From the human T2T-CHM13v2.0 reference genome, Homo sapiens: a stretch of 64,000 nucleotides of DNA. Below the pieces are notes generated by a model that was given only the letters and a program-made list of their open reading frames with translations, ran no database searches and was not told the DNA's origin. A program made the translations under genes and the position numbers. How positions within the stretch are numbered: position 1 is the stretch's first letter; every line of letters begins with the position of its first letter. Below are positions 55,501 to 64,000 of this stretch, piece by piece. The stretch lies in the NCBI RefSeq assembly GCF_009914755.1, contig NC_060925.1; one strand, written 5' to 3'.

Positions 55501-58500
55501 GGAATCATCTTCTAATGGAAAGGAATGGAGTCATCGCATAGAATCGAGTGGAATTAACATTGAATGGACTCGAATGGAATCAACATCAAACGGAATCAAG
55601 CGGAATTATCGAATGGAATCGAAGAGAATCATCGAATGGACTCGAATGGAATCATCTAATGGAATGGAATGGAATAATCCACGGACTCGAATGCAATCAT
55701 CATCGTATAGAATCGAATGGAATCATCGAATGGACTCGAATGCAATAATCATTGAACGGAATCGAATGGAATAATCATCGGATGGAAACGAATGGAATAA
55801 TCATCGAATGGAAATGAAAGTAGTCATCATCTAATGGAATTGCATGGAATCATCATAAAATGGAATCGAATGGAATCAACATCAAATGGAATCAAATGGA
55901 ATCATTGAACGGAATTTAATGGAATCGTCATCGAATGAATTGAATGTAATCATCGAATGGTCTCGAATGGAATCATCTTCAAATGGAATGGAATGGAATC
56001 ATCGCATAGAATCGAATGGAATTATCATCGAATGGAATCGAATGGTATCAACATCAAAAGGAAAAAAACGGAATTATCGAATGGAATTGAAGAGAATCAT
56101 CGAACGGACCCGAATGGAATCATCTAATGGAATGGAATGGAATAATCCATGGACCCGAATGTAATCGTCATCGAATGGAATCGAATGGAATCATCGAATG
56201 GACTCGAATGGAATAATCATTGAACGGAATCGAATGGAATCATCATCACATGGAAACGAATGGAATCATCATGGAATGGAAATGAAAGGAGTCATCATCT
56301 AATGGAATTGCATGGAATCATCAACAAATGGAATCGAATGGAATCAACATCAAATAGAATCAAATGGAATCATTGAACGGAATTGAATGGAATCGTAATC
56401 GAATGAATTGAATGCAATCATCGAATGGTCTCGAATGGAATCATCTTCAAATGAAATGGAATGGAATCATCGCATAGAATCGAATGGAATTATCATCGAA
56501 TGGAATCAAATGTTATCAACATCAAATGGAAAAAAACGGAATTATCGCATGGAATCGAAGAGAATCATCGAATGTACCCGAATGGAATCATCTAATGGAA
56601 TGGAATGGAATAATCCATGGACTCGAATGCAATCATCATCGAATGGAATCGAATGGAATCATCGAATGGACTCGAATGGAATAATCATTGAACGGAATTG
56701 AATGGAATCATCATCGGATGGAAATGAATGGAATCATCATCGAATGGAATCGAATAGAATTATGGAATGAAATCCAGTGTGATCATCATCGAATGGACCC
56801 GAATGGAATCATCATCCAACGGAAGCTAATGGAATCAACATCGAATGAATCTAACAGAAACACCATCGAATTGAAATGAATGGAATTATCATGAAATTGT
56901 AATGGATGGACTCATCATCGAATGGATTCGAATGGAATCATCGAATAAAATTGATTGAAATCATCATCAAATGGAATCAAATGGTATCATTGAATGGAAT
57001 CGAATGAAATCGTCATCAGATGGAAATGAATGGAATCGTCATAGAATGGAATCGAATGGATTCATTGAATGGAATCAGATGGAATCATCGAATGGACTGG
57101 AATGGAATCATTGAATGGACTTGAAAGATATCATTATTGAATGGAATTGAATGGAATCATCGAATGGTCTCGATTGGAATCATTATCAAATGGAATCGAA
57201 TGGAATCACCGAATAGAATCGAATGGAACAATCATCGAATGGACTCAAATGGAATTATCCTCAAATGGAATTGAATGGAATTATCGAATGCAATCGAATG
57301 GAATTATCGAATGCAATCGAATAGAATCATCGAATGGACTCGAATGGAATCATCGAATGGAATGGAATGGAACAGTCAATGAACACGAATGGAATCATCA
57401 TTGAATGGAATCAAATGGAATCATCGAGTGGAATCGAATGGAATTTTGATCAAATGGAATCGAATGTAATCATCATCAAATGGAATCAAAAATAACCATC
57501 ATCAATTGGTATTGAATGGAATTGTCATCAAGTGGAATTCAAAGGAATCATCATCAAATGGAACCGAATGGAATCCTCATTGAATGGAAATGAAAGGGGT
57601 CATCATCTAATGGAATCGCATGGAATCATCATCAAATGGAATCGAATGGAATTATCATCAAATGGAATCTAATGGAATCATTGAACAGAATTGAATGGAA
57701 TCATCATCGAATGAATTGAATGCAATCATCGAATGGTCTCGAATGGAATCATCTTCTAATGGAAAGGAATGGAATCATCGCATAGAATCGAATGGAATTA
57801 ACATTGAATGGACTCGAATGGAATCAACATCAAACGGAATCAAGCGGAATTATCGAATGGAATCGAAGAGAATCATCGAATGGACTCGAATGGAATCATC
57901 TAATGGAATGGAATGGAATAATCCCCGGACTCGAATGCAATCATCATCGTATAGAATCGAGTGGAATCATCGAATGGACTCGAATGGAAGAATCATTGAA
58001 TGGAATCGAATGGAATCATCATCGGATGGATACGAATGGAATCATCATCGAATGGAAATGAAAGGAGTCATCATCTAATGGAATTGCATGGAATCATCAT
58101 AAAATGGAATCGAATGGAATCAACATCAAATGGAATCAAATGGAATCATTGAACGGAATTGAATGGAATCGTCATTGAATGAATTGAATGCAATCATCGA
58201 ATGGTCTCGAATGGAATCATCTTCTAATGGAAAGGAATGGAGTCATCGCATAGAATCGAATGGAATTATCATCGAATGGAATCGAATGGTATCAACATCA
58301 AAAGGACAAAAACGGAATTATCGAATGGAATTGAAGAGAATCATCGAACGGACCCGAATGGAATCATCTAATGGAATGGAATGGAATAATCCATGGACCC
58401 GAATGTAATCATCATCGAATGGAATCGAATGGAATCATCGAATGGACTCGAATGGAATAATCATTGAACGGAATCGAATGGAATCATCATCACATGGAAA

Positions 58501-61500
58501 CGAATGGAATCATCATGGAATGGAAATGAAAGGAGTCATCATCTAATGGAATTGCATGGAATCATCATCAAATGGAATCGAATGGAATCAACATCAAATA
58601 GAATCAAATGGAATCATTGAACGGAATTGAATGGAATCGTAATCGAATGAATTGAATGCAATCATCGAATGGTCTCGAATGGAATCATCTTCAAATGAAA
58701 TGGAATGGAATCATCGCATAGAATCGAATGGAATTATCATCGAATGGAATCAAATGTTATCAACATCAAATGGAAAAAAACGGAATTATCGCATGGAATC
58801 AAAGAGAATCATCGAATGTACCCGAATGGAATCATCTAATGGAATGGAATGGAATAATCCATGGACTCGAATGCAATCATCATCGAATGGAATCGAATGG
58901 AATCATTGAATGGAGTCGAATGGAATAATCATTGAAAGGAATCGAATGGAATCATCATCGGATGGAAATGAATGGAATCATCATCGAATGGAATCGAATA
59001 GAATTATGGAATGAAATCCAGTGTGATCATCATCGAATGGACCCGAATGGAATCATCATCCAACGGAAGCTAATGGAATCAACATCGAATGAATCTAACA
59101 GAAACACCATCGAATTGAAATGAATGGAATTATCATGAAATTGTAATGGATGGACTCATCATCGAATGGATTCGAATGGAATCATCGAATAAAATTGATT
59201 GAAATCATCATCAAATGGAATCAAATGGTATCATTGAATGGAATCGAATGAAATCGTCATCAGATGGAAATGAATGGAATCGTCATAGAATGGAATCGAA
59301 TGGATTCATTGAATGGAATCAGATGGAATCATCGAATGGACTGGAATGGAATCATTGAATGGACTTGAAAGATATCATTATTGAATGGAATTGAATGGAA
59401 TCATCGAATGGTCTCGATTGGAATCATTATCAAATGGAATCGAATGGAATCACCGAATAGAATCGAATGGAACAATCATCGAATGGACTCAAATGGAATT
59501 ATCCTCAAATGGAATTGAATGGAATTATCGAATGCAATCCCATGGAATTATCGAATGCAATCGAATAGAATCATCGAATGGACTCGAATGGAATCATCGA
59601 ATGGAATGGAATGGAACAGTCAATGAACACGAATGGAATCATCATTGAATGGAATCCAATGGAATCATCGAGTGGAATCGAATGGAATTTTGATCAAATG
59701 GAATCGAATGTAATCATCATCAAATGGAATCAAAAATAACCATCATCAATTGGTATTGAATGGAATTGTCATCAAGTGGAATTCAAAGGAATCATCATCA
59801 AATGGAACCGTATGGAATCCTCATTGAATGGAAATGAAAGGGGTCATCATCTAATGGAATCGCATGGAATCATCATCAAATGGAATCGAATGGAATTATC
59901 ATCAAATGGAATCTAATGGAATCATTGAACAGAATTGAATGGAATCATCATCGAATGAATTGAATGCAATCATCGAATGGTCTCGAATGGAATCATCTTC
60001 TAATGGAAAGGAATGGAATCATCGCATAGAATCGAATGGAATTAACATTGAATGGACTCGAATGGAATCAACATCAAACGGAATCAAGCGGAATTATCGA
60101 ATGGAATCGAAGAGAATCATCGAATGGACTCGAATGGAATCATCTAATGGAATGGAATGGAATAATCCCCGGACTCGAATGCAATCATCATCGTATAGAA
60201 TCGAGTGGAATCATCGAATGGACTCGAATGGAAGAATCATTGAATGGAATCGAATGGAATCATCATCGGATGGATACGAATGGAATCATCATCGAATGGA
60301 AATGAAAGGAGTCATCATCTAATGGAATTGCATGGAATCATCATAAAATGGAATCGAATGGAATCAACATCAAATGGAATCAAATGGAATCATTGAACGG
60401 AATTGAATGGAATCGTCATCGAATGAATTGAATGCAATCATCGAATGGTCTCAAATGGAATCATCTTCAAATGGAATGGAATGGAATCATCGCATAGAAT
60501 CGAATGGAATTATCATGGAATGGAATCGAATGGTATCAACATCAAATGGAAAAAAACGGAATTATCGAATTGAATCGAAGAGAATCATCGAACGGACCCG
60601 AATGGAATCATCTAATGGAATGGAATGGAATAATCCATGGACTCGAATGCAATCATCATCGAATGGAATCGAATGGAATCATCGAATGGACTCGAATGGA
60701 ATAATCATTGAACGGAATCGAATGGAATCATCATCGGATGGAAATGAATGGAATCATCATCGAATGGAATCGAATAGAATTATGGAATGAAATCCAGTGT
60801 GATCATCATCGAATGGACCCGAATGGAATCATCATCCAACGGAAGCTAATGGAATCAACATCGAATGAATCGAATGGAAACACCATCGAATTGAAACGAA
60901 TGGAATTATCATGAAATTGAAATGGATGGACTCATCATCGAATGGATTCGAATGGAATCATCGAATAAAATTGATTGAAATCATCATCAAATGGAATCGA
61001 ATGGTATCATTGAATGGAATCGAATGGAATCATCATCAGATGGAAATGAATGGAATCGTCATAGAATGGAATCGAATGGATTCATTGAATGGAATCAGAT
61101 GGAATCATCGAATGGACTGGAATGGAATCATTGAATGGACTCGAAAGGGATCATTATTGAATGGAATTGAATGGAATCATCGAATGGTCTCGATTGGAAT
61201 CATTACCAAATGGAATCGAATGGAATCACCGAATAGAATCGAATGGAACAATCATCGAATGGACTCAAATGGAATTATCCTCAAATGGAATCGAATGGAA
61301 GTATCGAATGCACTCGAATGGAATTATCGAATGCATTCGAATAGAATCATCGAATGGACTCGAATGGAATCATCGAATGGAATGGAATGGAACAGTCAAT
61401 GAACTCGAATGGAATCATCATTGAATGGAATCGAATGGAATCATCGAGTGGAATCGAATGGAATTATGATCAAATGGAATCGAATGTAATCATCAACAAA

Positions 61501-64000
61501 TGGAATCAAAAATAACCATCATCAATTGGTATTGAATGGAATTGTCATCAAATGGAATTCAAAGGAATCATCATCAAATGGAACTGAATGGAATCCTCAT
61601 TGAATGGAAATGAAAGGAGTCATCATCTAATGGAATCGCATGGAATCATCATCAAATGGAATCGAATGGAATCATCATCAAATGGAATCTAATGGAATCA
61701 TTGAACAGAATTGAATGGAATCGTCATCGAATGAATTGAATGCAATCATCGAATGGTCTCGAATGGAATCATCTTCTAATGGAAAGGAATGGAGTCATCG
61801 CATAGAATCGAGTGGAATTAACATTGAATGGACTCGAATGGAATCAACATCAAACGGAATCAAGCGGAATTATCGAATGGAATCGAAGAGAATCATCGAA
61901 TGGACTCGAATGGAATCATCTAATGGAATGGAATGGAATAATCCACGGACTCGAATGCAATCATCATCGTATAGAATCGAATGGAATCATCGACTGGACT
62001 CGAATGCAATAATCATTGAACGGAATCGAATGGAATAATCATCGGATGGAAACGAATGGAATAATCATCGAATGGAAATGAAAGGAGTCATCATCTAATG
62101 GAATTGCATGGAATCATCATAAAATGGAATCGAATGGAATCAACATCAAATGGAATCAAATGCAATCATTGAACGGAATTTAATGGAATCGTCATCGAAA
62201 GAATTGAATGTAATCATCGAATGGTCTCGAATGGAATCATCTTCAAATGGAATGGAATGGAATCATCGCATAGAATCGAATGGAATTATCATCGAATGGA
62301 ATCGAATGGTATCAACATCAAAAGGAAAAAAACGGAATTATCGAATGGAATTGAAGAGAATCATCGAACGGACCCGAATGGAATCATCTAATGGAATGGA
62401 ATGGAATAATCCATGGACCCGAATGTAATCATCATCGAATGGAATCGAATGGAATCATCGAATGGACTCGAATGGAATAATCATTGAACGGAATCGAATG
62501 GAATCATCATCACATGGAAACGAATGGAATCATCATGGAATGGAAATGAAAGGAGTCATCATCTAATGGAATTGCATGGAATCATCATCAAATGGAATCG
62601 AATGGAATCAACATCAAATAGAATCAAATGGAATCATTGAACGGAATTGAATGGAATCGTAATCGAATGAATTGAATGCAATCATCGAATGGTCTCGAAT
62701 GGAATCATCTTCAAATGAAATGGAATGGAATCATCGCATAGAATCGAATGGAATTATCATCGAATGGAATCAAATGTTATCAACATCAAATGGAAAAAAA
62801 CGGAATTATCGCATGGAATCGAAGAGAATCATCGAATGTACCCGAATGGAATCATCTAATGGAATGGAATGGAATAATCCATGGACTCGAATGCAATCAT
62901 CATCGAATGGAATCGAATGGAATCATTGAATGGAGTCGAATGGAATAATCATTGAAAGGAATCGAATGGAATCATCATCGGATGGAAATGAATGGAATCA
63001 TCATCGAATGGAATCGAATAGAATTATGGAATGAAATCCAGTGTGATCATCATCGAATGGACCCGAATGGAATCATCATCCAACGGAAGCTAATGGAATC
63101 AACATCGAATGAATCTAACAGAAACACCATCGAATTGAAATGAATGGAATTATCATGAAATTGTAATGGATGGACTCATCATCGAATGGATTCCAATGGA
63201 ATCATCGAATAAAATTGATTGAAATCATCATCAAATGGAATCAAATGGTATCATTGAATGGAATCGAATGAAATCGTCATCAGATGGAAATGAATGGAAT
63301 CGTCATAGAATGGAATCGAATGGATTCATTGAATGGAATCAGATGGAATCATCGAATGGACTGGAATGGAATCATTGAATGGACTTGAAAGATATCATTA
63401 TTGAATGGAATTGAATGGAATCATCGAATGGTCTCGATTGGAATCATTATCAAATGGAATCGAATGGAATCACCGAATAGAATCGAATGGAACAATCATC
63501 GAATGGACTCAAATGGAATTATCCTCAAATGGAATTGAATGGAATTATCGAATGCAATCCCATGGAATTATCGAATGCAATCGAATAGAATCATCGAATG
63601 GACTCGAATGGAATCATCGAATGGAATGGAATGGAACAGTCAATGAACACGAATGGAATCATCATTGAATGGAATCCAATGGAATCATCGAGTGGAATCG
63701 AATGGAATTTTGATCAAATGGAATCGAATGTAATCATCATCAAATGGAATCAAAAATAACCATCATCAATTGGTATTGAATGGAATTGTCATCAAGTGGA
63801 ATTCAAAGGAATCATCATCAAATGGAACCGAATGGAATCCTCATTGAATGGAAATGAAAGGGGTCATCATCTAATGGAATCGCATGGAATCATCATCAAA
63901 TGGAATCGAATGGAATTATCATCAAATGGAATCTAATGGAATCATTGAACAGAATTGAATGGAATCATCATCGAATGAATTGAATGCAATCATCGAATGG
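46594..64000 (+). repeat. Sub-array built from two unit types X and Y (basic 4020-bp dimer)
   Basis: X units carry CTAACAGAAAC, AAGATATC and GAACACG (47098, 51104, 56891, 59135, 63155). Y units carry ATTACCAAAT, GCACTCG and GCATTCG (48863, 52880, 54647, 60911). Confidence 0.87.

Larger units (their letters stand above)
1..64000 (+). repeat. Human Satellite II (HSat2/HSATII) tandem array, GGAAT strand, probably HSat2A type (1q12-like)
   Basis: Continuous GAATG/CGAAT-based sequence with the diagnostic ATCATCGAATGGAATCGAATGG motif (reverse complement of CCATTCGATTCCATTCGATGAT) and very dense TCGA and GAATC sites. Modal period is 1776 bp and there is no unique sequence. Family identity is confident; subfamily and chromosome are inferred from the 1.77-kb EcoRI period. 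Confidence 0.97.

Noticed and set aside
4-63668. Hundreds of short + strand ORFs (MESSSNELNA..., MKLKWMDSSS..., MELNGIIEWS...)
   Set aside because: They are translations of GGAAT-derived repeats (MEWN/NGIE/RMES patterns), overlap in several frames, and are broken at random by stops and frameshifts between copies. No domain or gene structure is evident.
1-64000. CRISPR-like array or other prokaryotic repeat system
   Set aside because: There are no unique spacers between repeats, no cas or other genes, and the sequence is a recognisable primate satellite.

Overview
The whole 64-kb window is one uninterrupted array of primate, almost certainly human, pericentromeric Satellite II (HSat2/HSATII), read on its purine-rich strand (GGAAT/CGAAT pentamers with ATC spacers, 23- and 26-bp subunits). 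The dominant unit is 1776 bp with one EcoRI site, which fits the HSat2A type classically described at chr1q12; that locus assignment is inference. I see no genes, RNA genes, transposon insertions, CRISPR arrays or inversions, and all listed ORFs are translation artefacts of the repeat. The information lies in the array architecture. Units follow length = 840 + 468n (1308/1776/2244/2712 bp). There are recent nested duplications (about 5006, 2243 and 4481 bp) and a two-unit X/Y higher-order domain of about 4020 bp after ~46.6 kb. Several microhomology junctions and a ~0.9-kb island of a divergent HSat2 variant at ~10.5-11.4 kb are also present. I found no support for a new coding system. Spacings were computed by hand from landmark positions, and block boundaries are approximate.
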